A stretch of DNA of 64,000 nt from Candidatus Nomurabacteria bacterium (GCA_020631905.1 JACKGQ010000001.1:229854-293853); one strand, 5' to 3'; positions 44,048 to 53,667 are shown, counted from the first letter of the stretch. Translations and numbers: made by a program. The notes: generated from the sequence alone by a model not told the origin.

Positions 44048-44881
44048 ATGGAATTAGACAGAATCTTACTAATTGATAAACCTCAAGGTTGGACATCGTT
44101 CGATGTTGTCGCCAAAATTCGTGGCTCTATGCAAAATAAGTACAACTTGGCTTTGCGGGATACACCCGAGCTTTGTGGTTGCGAAGAGTGCAAGGCAGAA
44201 GTGAAGCGCAGAGCAAGCCTTACATCAGTAAGGCGCGCGAGCACTGGAACTTCTAACGCGGCAATCACGCACCAGACGACTGGGAATGATCAGATTCATT
44301 CTGATTATCCAAGGCGTCGACACAAAATTCGGGTGGGTCACACAGGTACATTAGACCCTATGGCTACGGGTTTGCTGGTGATTGTGACTGGCAAGAACAC
44401 AAAAATGGTCTCCGAGATGATCAAGCACGACAAAACCTACGAGGTCGAACTAACTTTGGGTTCGATAAGTGACACAGGTGATGCCGAAGGTAAGCTGACC
44501 AATCTAAATAAGCTTGTACCAGATGCACTGGCGGTAGACGAAGCAGTCTTAAGTTTTGTTGGCGAAATTATGCAGACACCGCCCGCTTATTCGGCGATAA
44601 AGATTAACGGCAAGCGGGCTTATCAGCTAGCCCGAGAGGGCAAAGAAGTAAGGTTAGAGCCACGCAAAGTGAACATTTACTCAATCTTAGACATAAAGTA
44701 CGAGTATCCAGTAGTAAGTTTTGTGGCCGAGGTGAGTAGTGGCACCTATATTCGCTCACTGGTGCAAGATATCGGCCAGATGCTTGGCACAGGTGCTTAC
44801 ATGAGTGGCCTCAGGCGCACCAAAGTCGGCGAATATGATATTGATGACGCCACAGAACCTGAATCGCTTGAGCTTGCATAA
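44048..44881 (+). CDS. truB: tRNA pseudouridine(55) synthase TruB
   Basis: LLIDKPQGWTSFDVV and GHTGTLDPMATG (catalytic Asp). Contains an insertion of about 67 aa between these motifs. Confidence 0.9.
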   Translation: MELDRILLIDKPQGWTSFDVVAKIRGSMQNKYNLALRDTPELCGCEECKAEVKRRASLTSVRRASTGTSNAAITHQTTGNDQIHSDYPRRRHKIRVGHTGTLDPMATGLLVIVTGKNTKMVSEMIKHDKTYEVELTLGSISDTGDAEGKLTNLNKLVPDALAVDEAVLSFVGEIMQTPPAYSAIKINGKRAYQLAREGKEVRLEPRKVNIYSILDIKYEYPVVSFVAEVSSGTYIRSLVQDIGQMLGTGAYMSGLRRTKVGEYDIDDATEPESLELA

Positions 44882-44910
44882 GCCAGAGTATGGAGTATAA
44901 GTAACGGCTT

Positions 44911-45810
44911 ATGAGTGCAAGAAGCCGTCATACACCTACTTTGAGTGGCAGACTAGATATGGTCTTCCCGAATGACCCGATGTCCGAGGCCCGTAGCAGT
45001 GGGCGAATGGTGGTTCAGGAATTTACCTGGGGCGATGCATTGAGTAAAGTTGTCGAACAACTAGATATTAGCGTAGCAGATGCCCTAAAAATGCTCGGCA
45101 TATCTTTGGAGACCGTCCAGAACAGTGGCGTGATCAAGCTGACCGATGGGGCATATGCCGAATATCAGGAAGACCGGGTCGATGAACTGGCTAGAACAAT
45201 CGCTACGCAGATACAGCCAGAAATCGAAAGAATTGGGTTGCGATTCGAGGAGCTTAAGGCTGGTTGGCGTGTTGAGGAGGATCGTCTGGATAGCTACCAA
45301 AAACTAGCTGAGATGCTCCTAAATTATGCTAGTGAGACAGATAATCTGCATGAAGACCTTAACTCTCAAGCAAGACATTTTCCACCTCGCACAGCTCTAA
45401 GATATGCAATTTATGAACTCAGGGATTTTAATGACGATCTTCAGGCTAGACTCCGGGATATGGCCGGTCGCTTAGAAAAAAGTGCACACCTACTATCGTT
45501 AGCCGATCTGGCGACAGGTGTACTTGAAGCCGGTCTCTCAAGTTCTTACGGACAACTAATTACCTCTAGGGCTCTAGCTTCGACCATAGAAGCTATTTTG
45601 CAGGGGCATCGTTACGACGTTTCGCGCGTCTTGGTTGATCGACTTCTGGTTGGTGACACTCAGCTAGATGTTTTTAGGAGACAACTACGAACCGAAGCAT
45701 ATGAGTACTGCTTGGCCGAAGCTCGAGACAGGTGGCAGCAGGTTGCCGAAGTTGTCTTTCTAGCCGAAGATCCATACTACTTAAGAGTTAAAAACGGTCA
45801 AGAACAATAA
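44911..45810 (+). CDS. hypothetical protein (299 aa)
   Basis: Long helical-looking ORF. No motif recognised. Confidence 0.55.
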   Translation: MSARSRHTPTLSGRLDMVFPNDPMSEARSSGRMVVQEFTWGDALSKVVEQLDISVADALKMLGISLETVQNSGVIKLTDGAYAEYQEDRVDELARTIATQIQPEIERIGLRFEELKAGWRVEEDRLDSYQKLAEMLLNYASETDNLHEDLNSQARHFPPRTALRYAIYELRDFNDDLQARLRDMAGRLEKSAHLLSLADLATGVLEAGLSSSYGQLITSRALASTIEAILQGHRYDVSRVLVDRLLVGDTQLDVFRRQLRTEAYEYCLAEARDRWQQVAEVVFLAEDPYYLRVKNGQEQ

Positions 45811-45816
45811 AATAAC

Positions 45817-45845
45817 TTGCATAATATTTACACATATGTTATAAT
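45817..45845 (+). promoter_or_regulatory. promoter TTGCAT-N17-TATAAT driving the G+C-rich non-coding locus
   Basis: TTGCAT at 45817-45822, exact 17-nt spacer, consensus TATAAT at 45840-45845. Confidence 0.65.
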
Positions 45846-45852
45846 GATGTAA

Positions 45853-46410
45853 TCAACCTGAGGTGAGGTGTTTAACCCCTTGAGTTGAACATTTACAATC
45901 AGGTACTAGAAAAAAAATCGCGGTGGCGAGGCAGACGACGGTGTTGGATTACCGTATGGCGCCTTAGCCCCAGTTGGCATGTTGCAAGCAGCAATTCTGC
46001 AGCGTCATCTGACGTGCACCACATTTGTTGGCCGGCAAAGATTAGCCGGACTTGCCAAACTTCTCCGAGGTGCGCGTCGCGTGCTTTGGGGTGCGTGCGG
46101 GCTCACCCGCAACCGAATGGGCGATGCCGGATCCGCTGGCCGCCGAATAGACCCTAGTGAAAGGGGTAAGCTGTGGTCCCACCGGGCCTCTAGGCCGTAC
46201 CGGTCCAAGATGCTACCACCCGAAAGGGGGAGCTATATCAGACTGGTACGGCTATCTTCAGTCAAAATCTGGTGCTCCGCTACAGGCTTGCGTCCACTAC
46301 GTGGCCACCTGGGGCGGAGCACCGAGACCCAATGAAAACCGCCGCCCCGACCTCGTGCAATCGGCCGCAAGGCAGCATGGGGTCGGGGCACAGGTTATCT
46401 AGTACCTGAA
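45853..46410 (+). ncRNA. candidate large structured ncRNA, class unassigned
   Basis: Consensus promoter upstream. An 11-bp closing inverted repeat (45899-45909 / 46399-46409) encloses a core of about 61% G+C. The core has perfect 9-13 bp helices and GNRA loops on the + strand. Only R/W/C-rich overlapping ORFs are present. Confidence 0.55.
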
Positions 46411-46457
46411 TTTCCACTAAATCTTAAAAGAGTTAAGGTTTGATGGAGATTAAATAC

Positions 46458-46485
46458 TTGCCACATCTGTTATTTGTGGTACAAT
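46458..46485 (+). promoter_or_regulatory. rpsO promoter TTGCCA-N16-TACAAT with TG extension
   Basis: TTGCCA at 46458-46463 and TGgTACAAT at 46477-46485. Confidence 0.6.
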
Positions 46486-46554
46486 TTAGGCTAACGCCAT
46501 CACTCTTATCTGAATAATTAGAAGAGTACAAAGTAATAAAGGAGTAATACCTGC

Positions 46555-46821
46555 ATGATTTCAGCTGATAAGAAAGCTAAAACCATCAAAGCCCACGCCC
46601 GCAAAGATAGCGACGTCGGCTCACCAGAAGTTCAGGCAGCTGTGCTGACAGAACGCATTAAAGAAGTTACTGAACATCTTAAAGTTAATAAAAAAGATAA
46701 TATGGCTCGCCGTGGTCTGCTTCAGATGGTCGGCAAGCGACGTCGATTATTGAGCTACTTGGCCCGCAAAGATGCTGCTGGCTACCAAGCTTTGATTAAA
46801 AAGCTCGGCATTCGCAAGTAG
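46555..46821 (+). CDS. rpsO: 30S ribosomal protein S15
   Basis: 88 aa. [48 protein letters not shown]. Confidence 0.97.
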   Translation: MISADKKAKTIKAHARKDSDVGSPEVQAAVLTERIKEVTEHLKVNKKDNMARRGLLQMVGKRRRLLSYLARKDAAGYQALIKKLGIRK

Positions 46822-46897
46822 TTAGGCTTAGTTAGTTTGGGGTGAACCCCCGAACTCTAGTGAGCCTAACTATAAGTCTCACAAGAACATTATTAAA

Positions 46898-46976
46898 AGT
46901 CAGCTTTTGTAAGTAATAGATCTAGACTACTCGGATAGTAATCTCGGAGTATTTAAATCTGTTACTTAAGCTGACT
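46898..46976 (+). promoter_or_regulatory. long hairpin in the rpsO-pnp intergenic leader
   Basis: AGTCAGCTT (46898-46906) pairs with AAGCTGACT (46968-46976), extended by TAAGTAA/TTACTTA. Its position matches the known pnp leader stem of other bacteria. Confidence 0.45.
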
Positions 46977-46992
46977 ACTTAGAAGGAGATAT

Positions 46993-49110
46993 ATGGATAT
47001 TATCAATCCTAAAGGCGACAAGACTTTACGTGTAAGTACAGAATTTTGTGGCCGCGAATTAAGCCTAGAAGTTAACCGTTTGGCTTTCCGCTCGGAGGCT
47101 GCCGTCTTGGTAACTTACGGCGACACTGTTGTGCTTGGCAACGTCAATGTTGGCGACCCGATTTCGGGTATGGACTATTTTCCGCTTACAATCGACTACG
47201 AAGAGCGCTTTTATGCAGCCGGCAAGATAAGTGGCTCGCGCTACATTAAACGCGAAGGTAAGCCAAGCGACGACGCTGTGCTTATCGGGCGACTTATCGA
47301 TCGGCCAATTCGACCACTGTTTCCGAAAGGTTATCGTAACCAAGTGCAGGCAGTAGCGACTGTCTTGAGCCTCGATCCAGAGGTTCGACCAGACGCTGTA
47401 GCCATGATTGCCATCAGTACCGCCATGACACTAACCGGAGTGCCGTTTGACGGCCCTGTAGCTGGAGTGCGTGTTGGTTTGGTTGATGGCAAGCTAGTAG
47501 CTTATCCAAATACCAGCGACATCAAGACAAGCGATCTAGATATTATGGTTGCTTGTGTCAAAGACGGTGTAATGATGGTCGAGGCCGGGGCAAACGAAGT
47601 TAGTGAGGCGACAATCGTCGAAGCTATGGAGGTTGCGCTAAAGGCCGTACAACCAGTCCTCGAGCTGCAAACCAAACTAGCCAAAGATCTAAAAGTTCAG
47701 GCTCAAGAATACGAGCTGTTGCTGCCAGATGCCGATATCGACGAAGCTGTAACCGACTTTTTGAAGGGTAAACTAGGCGATAAGGTCCAAGGTGGTTACT
47801 TTGAGCGCAAAGCTAGCTTAGACGAATTACGTCAGCAGATGGTCGACAAATTTAGTGCCGATTTAGGTGAAGATGCATGGGGGGCTGTAAAAGGTCAGTA
47901 TCTCGATGCTTTCGAACTAATCGTTAATAAAGATGTTCGAGAACAAATTATTACCAAAGGCGTGCGCCCCGATGGCCGCGAACTTACCCAGGTTCGACCA
48001 TTAAGCAGCCAGGTAGGTGTATTGCCGCGAACTCACGGCAGCGCCATTTTTACTCGTGGTGTAACCCAGGCGTTAAACATTACAACCTTGGCGCCCCTAT
48101 CTTACACACAAGCGGTTGATACAATGGAAAAAGACGAAGAGCGACGCTACTTCCATCACTACAATGCCCCTGCCTATACTTTAGGCGAGACTGGCCGTAT
48201 GGGTAGCCCAGGCAGGCGCGAGATTGGCCACGGTTATTTGGCCGAGCGAGCGGTTAGCCCGATGCTTCCTAGTGAAGAAGATTTCCCATATGCAATCAGA
48301 ACAGTTACCGAGATTATGAGCCAGCATGGTAGCACCAGCATGGCCGCTACTTGTAGTAGTGTACTTAGCCTGATGGATGCCGGCGTGCCTCTAAAGCGGC
48401 CAGTCAGTGGTGTGGCTATGGGTCTGATTATGGATGGCAAGAAGCCGGTTGTGCTAACCGATATTCAAGATGCCGAAGACTTTGCTGGTGATATGGACTT
48501 TAAAGTCACTGGCACCACCGAAGGCGTAACCGCCCTACAGATGGACATGAAAGTTCATGGCCTGCCAGTCGATGTATTAGCTAAAGCCATTGAACAGGCT
48601 AAGCAAGGCCGCGCCGATATCTTGGCTCACATGCTCAGCGTGATCAAGGCGCCACGAGCCGAACTCAGCCAATATGCACCACGTGTCGAAACCATCAAGA
48701 TTAATCCAGACAAGATCCGCGATGTGATTGGCAAGGGTGGCGAAACCATCCAGAGGATTATTGCCGAAACAGGTGCCGATATCGACATCAAAGACGACGG
48801 CACAGTCTTCTTAGCCAGCAACGACGGCGAGATGATGGCCAAAGTTAAGCAGATGATTGCCGACCTAACCGAGGAGCCAGAAGTTGGCAAAATCTACCGC
48901 CAGCGTCCGGTTGTTAAGGTGATGGATTTCGGGGCATTCGTAAATCTCTTCCCAGGTACCGACGGCATGGTTCACGTGAGTGAAATGGCCGAAGAGAGGG
49001 TTGAGAGCCCAAGCGATGTAGTTAAAGAAGGTGATCTTGTCGACGTTAAACTGATGGCGATTGACGACCGAGGACGACTTAACCTAAGCATGAAGAAGGC
49101 CAAAGGCTAG
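46993..49110 (+). CDS. pnp: polyribonucleotide nucleotidyltransferase (PNPase)
   Basis: 705 aa. Two RNase PH domains, KH (IGKGGETIQRI) and an S1 domain. Confidence 0.98.
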   Translation: MDIINPKGDKTLRVSTEFCGRELSLEVNRLAFRSEAAVLVTYGDTVVLGNVNVGDPISGMDYFPLTIDYEERFYAAGKISGSRYIKREGKPSDDAVLIGRLIDRPIRPLFPKGYRNQVQAVATVLSLDPEVRPDAVAMIAISTAMTLTGVPFDGPVAGVRVGLVDGKLVAYPNTSDIKTSDLDIMVACVKDGVMMVEAGANEVSEATIVEAMEVALKAVQPVLELQTKLAKDLKVQAQEYELLLPDADIDEAVTDFLKGKLGDKVQGGYFERKASLDELRQQMVDKFSADLGEDAWGAVKGQYLDAFELIVNKDVREQIITKGVRPDGRELTQVRPLSSQVGVLPRTHGSAIFTRGVTQALNITTLAPLSYTQAVDTMEKDEERRYFHHYNAPAYTLGETGRMGSPGRREIGHGYLAERAVSPMLPSEEDFPYAIRTVTEIMSQHGSTSMAATCSSVLSLMDAGVPLKRPVSGVAMGLIMDGKKPVVLTDIQDAEDFAGDMDFKVTGTTEGVTALQMDMKVHGLPVDVLAKAIEQAKQGRADILAHMLSVIKAPRAELSQYAPRVETIKINPDKIRDVIGKGGETIQRIIAETGADIDIKDDGTVFLASNDGEMMAKVKQMIADLTEEPEVGKIYRQRPVVKVMDFGAFVNLFPGTDGMVHVSEMAEERVESPSDVVKEGDLVDVKLMAIDDRGRLNLSMKKAKG

Positions 49111-49156
49111 AGCTGCCAAATAGCATCCATTTTGGGCACTAGAAAGACGTGAGAGT

Positions 49157-49711
49157 ATGGCAAAAAATTTACACGAAACAGGTTACGAGCATCGGTTTGT
49201 GGCATTTGATTTCAGTGGCTTTCCTTCTGTGATTGAGGTCGATGGTATAACCCTAAATTTCTTTAATCTCGAAGATGCCGAACGACTAGATGAGATAACG
49301 TCTGATGACACCGTCCAGAGGTACATTCCTTGGGCAGCTGAAGATAAGCGTGCATATATTGAAAGGACGACTACGGCCAGGCAGAACAGAGGCCCCCGAT
49401 ATGCCATAAGGCTAGGAGAAATTCTGATTGGCCATTTTGCCATTTTTCCTAGTCCTGACGTACAAGGTGTTATTGAACTAGGCTACGTTATTGATAAGGC
49501 TTACAGGGGCCAAGGAATCATACCTAAGGTTTTGCTTGAATGTGAGTCAATAATTAGAGAGCAAATGCCTAAAGCAAGAATAGGCTTAGCAATAAACGAT
49601 GAAAACGAGGCGAGTATACGTGTTGCCCAAAAAGCAGGTTTCGAACGTACCGATACTATCAGTGATGGAGATAGGTTGTATATAAAAGTAGGGGATCAGA
49701 TTGGTCAATAA
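49157..49711 (+). CDS. GNAT family N-acetyltransferase (RimJ/RimL-like)
   Basis: YRGQGI acetyl-CoA-binding-loop pattern. 184 aa. Confidence 0.8.
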   Translation: MAKNLHETGYEHRFVAFDFSGFPSVIEVDGITLNFFNLEDAERLDEITSDDTVQRYIPWAAEDKRAYIERTTTARQNRGPRYAIRLGEILIGHFAIFPSPDVQGVIELGYVIDKAYRGQGIIPKVLLECESIIREQMPKARIGLAINDENEASIRVAQKAGFERTDTISDGDRLYIKVGDQIGQ

Positions 49712-50300
49712 GCAACAGCAACTAGATCAGATTGCGGCAGATATTATCAAAAATAATGTCTGCCATGAGCTAGCGGCTGGGGCAATTCAGTTGGTGATGG
49801 GAGTGGGTGACCCAAATGCCGATATTGTTTTGATAGGTGAAGCCCCGGGCAAGAAAGAAGATGAGCAAGGCGAACCATTTGTCGGTGCCTCTGGTAAATT
49901 TTTGAACGAAATGTTAGAATCTATACACCTAAACCGTTCTCAAATATACATAACGAACATCGTCAAGTACCGGCCACCGAACAATCGCGACCCGTCACCA
50001 ATTGAGAAAAAGGAGTTTACACCATATCTAGAACGCCAACTGGAAGTTATAAAGCCAAAAATTGTTGTAACTTTAGGTCGGCATTCTGGGGAATATTTTT
50101 TACCAGATTTAAAAATTAGCCGAGATCATGGCCAAGCTTTCCGGATGTCCTGGAAACCAAGCGATGGTAGCGAAGGATTAAATCTAATAGTTTTACCTCT
50201 GTACCATCCGGCAGCCGCCCTTTATAACGGTGGTATGCGCCAAACCTTGTTATATGACTTTGCCAAGATCCCAATCATTATTAAGAAAATGAATAAATAA
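49701..50300 (+). CDS. uracil-DNA glycosylase, family 4-like
   Basis: GEAPGKKED, FVGASGKFL and LYHPAAAL motifs. Only one Cys in the whole protein. Confidence 0.8.
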   Translation: MVNKQQQLDQIAADIIKNNVCHELAAGAIQLVMGVGDPNADIVLIGEAPGKKEDEQGEPFVGASGKFLNEMLESIHLNRSQIYITNIVKYRPPNNRDPSPIEKKEFTPYLERQLEVIKPKIVVTLGRHSGEYFLPDLKISRDHGQAFRMSWKPSDGSEGLNLIVLPLYHPAAALYNGGMRQTLLYDFAKIPIIIKKMNK

Positions 50301-50319
50301 TTAATTAAAAGGAAGATTA

Positions 50320-52404
50320 ATGAATCAAAATCCTAACCAGCGTCCAAGACAAAACAATCGGCGCCCAAATCAAAATCGACAACCTAACCAAAAGAACCAA
50401 GCTCAGAAATCCGGAGAACAAAGTAACCGGAGTCAGGCTTTAAGTTTAAAAAATTCAGAAACAAGCCGTGGACAAGCTATTCGAGCTTCGCGACGAAGTC
50501 GAGATTTAGCCGACAAAGTCCTAGATGGCGCAAACTTAGCCGATCAAAACAGCACGCGAAAACGAGCCAACCTATTGCCTATAAAGAACGAGAATAAACT
50601 TAGAGTTACGCACCTTGGCGGTCAAGACGGTATCGGCGAAAAGAACATGATCGTTATCGAGTATGGCGACGAAGCTATCGTTACCGACTGCGGTAATGAG
50701 CTTGGTCTAGATTTGCCTGGCATTAACTACTCTGTTCCAGATGTCAGCTATTTAGAGACTATCAAACACAAGATTAAGGCATATGTGATTAGCCACGGTC
50801 ACCTTGACCACATTGGTGGTTTACCGCATATATTGCCAAAGTACCCGGCACCAATTTATGGTTCGATATTTACAATTGGTATGGTTCAGAAAACTCTTGG
50901 TAATCATCAAAATACAGCCGATATCTTAGACGAGTTCAGTTATAACGAAATGAATATGGATAATCATGAAAGACTGATGGTCGGTAAGCATTTTACAATC
51001 GAACTTGTGCGAATCACACACTCTATACCAGAGAGCAGCCTGATAGTTGTTGATACACCGCTTGGTCGAGTGATCAACACGGGTGATTTTCGTCTTGACC
51101 CAGAGCCGCTAGACAGCCGCCCGAGTGATCTTGAGCGGATTAAAGAACTCGGTAAAGACGGCGTTTTGCTACTGATGAGTGATAGCACAAATTCACAGCG
51201 CCCAGGTCGCACACCTACCGAACATACACTTCAAGATAGCTTCCACGATGTCATCAAGAATGCTCCCGGACGTATCATGGTGGCCAGTTTTTCGAGCAAC
51301 ATTAACCGCGTCCAAATGATTATAAATAGTGCTAGCGAAGCTGGCCGAAAAGTAGCTATCGATGGTCGAAGCATGATTCAACACGTCGAACTTGCAGTTA
51401 AACTTGGCTTGCTCCGAGTGCCTAAAAATACGATCGTGGCGATGGCTCAGGCCGTCAACCTACCAGATGAAAAGGTCTTGGTAATGTGTACTGGTGGTCA
51501 GGGAGAGAACGGGGCAGCTCTGCCACGCATGAGTATTGGCGAACACAAACACATCAAGCTACGTGAAGGCGACACTGTTGTAATTAGTTCGACCCCAATT
51601 CCAGGTAACGAAGTCGCTTATGAGCAACTTGGCAACGATTTGATTAAGCTTGGTGTTTTCTTGTTTAGAGCACCTACATGGGAAGTTGATGGCTGTAGCG
51701 GTCCACTTCATGTTTCTGGACATGCTTTCCGAGATGAGCATAAAGATATGATCGAAATGTGTAAGCCAAAGTACTTTACGCCAATTTATGCTGGCGCCTT
51801 TAACCGCAAACATCATCAAAATGTTGCAATCGAAATGGCTACGATGCCGCGTGATCGAACTTTTATGGTTGATAATGGCGATGTGCTCGAGATTGACGAG
51901 AATCTGGCTGCCAAACTCCACAAAGACGCTGTTAGCCATGGCTCGGTGTTAGTCGATGACTCTGGCCAGACAGTGCCTAGCGTAGTCGTTAAAGATCGCT
52001 TGCTCTTAAGCGAGACTGGCCTAGTAGTAGTTGTGCTTACAATCGACCGCCGTACTGGTGGGTTACTGACCAGCCCAGACATCATCACCCGAGGTTTCAT
52101 TTATATTCGTGACAACGAAGAGCTAATGAATCTATTCCGCGGCGAACTACGTCGGGCGGTATCTCAGCGCTACAAGCGCGTCGATCTAGATCGCTTTAAA
52201 GCCGAGCTCAAAGATCATGTTACTCACTTCTTGTTCGATCAGACCCAGCGAAGCCCGATAGTAATACCAGTCATCAACGTCGTTGGAGGCCGTAAGGGCT
52301 CTGACGGCAAAGAACAGCCAGCAACTAACAAAGACGTCGAAGACCAGCAGAAACGTTTTGCCGAGCTGCGGGCAGCTATCCGCAGCCAAGACCAACGCGA
52401 TTAA
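50320..52404 (+). CDS. rnj: ribonuclease J with Q/N/R-rich N-terminal extension
   Basis: HGHLDHIGG metallo-beta-lactamase motif and beta-CASP architecture. The first ~70 aa are NQNPNQRPRQNNRRPNQNRQPNQKNQ... Confidence 0.93.
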   Translation: MNQNPNQRPRQNNRRPNQNRQPNQKNQAQKSGEQSNRSQALSLKNSETSRGQAIRASRRSRDLADKVLDGANLADQNSTRKRANLLPIKNENKLRVTHLGGQDGIGEKNMIVIEYGDEAIVTDCGNELGLDLPGINYSVPDVSYLETIKHKIKAYVISHGHLDHIGGLPHILPKYPAPIYGSIFTIGMVQKTLGNHQNTADILDEFSYNEMNMDNHERLMVGKHFTIELVRITHSIPESSLIVVDTPLGRVINTGDFRLDPEPLDSRPSDLERIKELGKDGVLLLMSDSTNSQRPGRTPTEHTLQDSFHDVIKNAPGRIMVASFSSNINRVQMIINSASEAGRKVAIDGRSMIQHVELAVKLGLLRVPKNTIVAMAQAVNLPDEKVLVMCTGGQGENGAALPRMSIGEHKHIKLREGDTVVISSTPIPGNEVAYEQLGNDLIKLGVFLFRAPTWEVDGCSGPLHVSGHAFRDEHKDMIEMCKPKYFTPIYAGAFNRKHHQNVAIEMATMPRDRTFMVDNGDVLEIDENLAAKLHKDAVSHGSVLVDDSGQTVPSVVVKDRLLLSETGLVVVVLTIDRRTGGLLTSPDIITRGFIYIRDNEELMNLFRGELRRAVSQRYKRVDLDRFKAELKDHVTHFLFDQTQRSPIVIPVINVVGGRKGSDGKEQPATNKDVEDQQKRFAELRAAIRSQDQRD

Positions 52405-52417
52405 AGGGTGTGTCTTG

Positions 52418-53002
52418 ATGATAAACCAGTTTAATCGCCCGGATAGAAGCTACGATATTCTGCCGTACGATCCTGTGTGGGCTATAAAATTTAAAGAATT
52501 ACGCGAAAGGCTCAAGGCGGTCCTTGGAGATATAGCGATATTAGTAGAGCATATTGGTAGTACGGCAGTTCCAGGTATGGCGGCCAAGCCACAAATTGAT
52601 GTCATAGTTGGAGTAAACAACCTAGAAGATGTGCGCACACTTAAAGACAAAATGGCAGATGCCGGTTTTAGCGCCAGAGGCGATTTCGTTGGTAACGGTG
52701 AAGAGTACTTTACTGAAGATGATCAGGCTGGTCACAGACTAGCGAGTATTCATATTCAAAAAATAGATAGTCCGGAAATTCCTAAACAAATTCGTTTTCG
52801 TGAATACATGCGGCTGAATATCAATGGCGATCGAGATTTATACGAGCTGAAGAAACAAGAACTAAAACAACTCTTCCCAGATAGCTATAATGCCTATGGC
52901 GACGGTAAACGTCTGCTACTCGAAGAAATTCATCAACGCTGTAAAAAGTGGGCCGAAGAAGCTAACTTTCACTATGAAGATTACATAAATAGAGATGAGT
53001 AG
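52418..53002 (+). CDS. GrpB family protein (UPF0157)
   Basis: EHIGSTAVPGMAAKPQIDV signature. ATG 52418 is taken within the longer track ORF that overlaps rnj. Confidence 0.8.
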   Translation: MINQFNRPDRSYDILPYDPVWAIKFKELRERLKAVLGDIAILVEHIGSTAVPGMAAKPQIDVIVGVNNLEDVRTLKDKMADAGFSARGDFVGNGEEYFTEDDQAGHRLASIHIQKIDSPEIPKQIRFREYMRLNINGDRDLYELKKQELKQLFPDSYNAYGDGKRLLLEEIHQRCKKWAEEANFHYEDYINRDE

Positions 53003-53004
53003 AT

Positions 53005-53667
53005 GTGGATTTGTTTACATCTAACCTAGACGCCTTGCATCATGTGCAGCGCGAGGTGCTGAGAAAGCTTACTTACAGCCCATTCGTACTGTCGCACGCA
53101 GCATTGCTACCAGAAGGAATGGCTGGCAATTCTTTTAACTATCATTTACGTACTCTGATTCGCCAGAAGCTTATACAGAAGAACGAAGAGGGCTACCTTC
53201 TAACACCACTAGGCAGGCTGGTGATTGATTCGATGTCTCTCGACGACAAACGCTTTAAGTTACGACCAAGTGTCGGTATCATGCTAATTATTAAATCAGG
53301 CCGCAAGACCTTACTTTATAAGAGTAGTCGGCAGCCTATGCCAGGTTTTGTAGCTCTGCCATATGGCAAATTAAGAATATCGCAAACCTTTTTTGAAACA
53401 GCCGAGCGTATAATCAAGCGCCGTGGAATAGACCCACGAGCTATTAAGGATCTAGAGTTTAGAGAACCATTTAACCTTCGTTATTACCAGGGCGAACAAC
53501 TGGTTGCGCATCGGGTGGGTGAAATATGGACAGCAAATTACTCAGGCACCTTAAGTGATTTTCAGACAGAAAACGGGCAGACATTCTGGAGCGATCAACT
53601 AGTCGAATCTAAAGAGCTAGATCTGCTGACTAGTACTGGCTTACATGATGCTCGGATAGACATCTAG
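53005..53667 (+). CDS. hypothetical protein with N-terminal winged-helix-like domain
   Basis: GTG start. FNYHLRTLIRQKLIQKNEEGYLLTPLGR resembles a wHTH. The C-terminal domain is unassigned. Confidence 0.4.
   Translation: MDLFTSNLDALHHVQREVLRKLTYSPFVLSHAALLPEGMAGNSFNYHLRTLIRQKLIQKNEEGYLLTPLGRLVIDSMSLDDKRFKLRPSVGIMLIIKSGRKTLLYKSSRQPMPGFVALPYGKLRISQTFFETAERIIKRRGIDPRAIKDLEFREPFNLRYYQGEQLVAHRVGEIWTANYSGTLSDFQTENGQTFWSDQLVESKELDLLTSTGLHDARIDI

Noticed and set aside
45885-46402. ORFs 45885-46157, 45979-46335 and 46157-46402 (+) and 46005-46208 (-) as protein-coding genes.
   Set aside because: They mutually overlap in all frames and are rich in R/W/C/P. They have no SD, and the DNA is better explained by long perfect helices and GNRA loops. 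The region is treated as an RNA locus.
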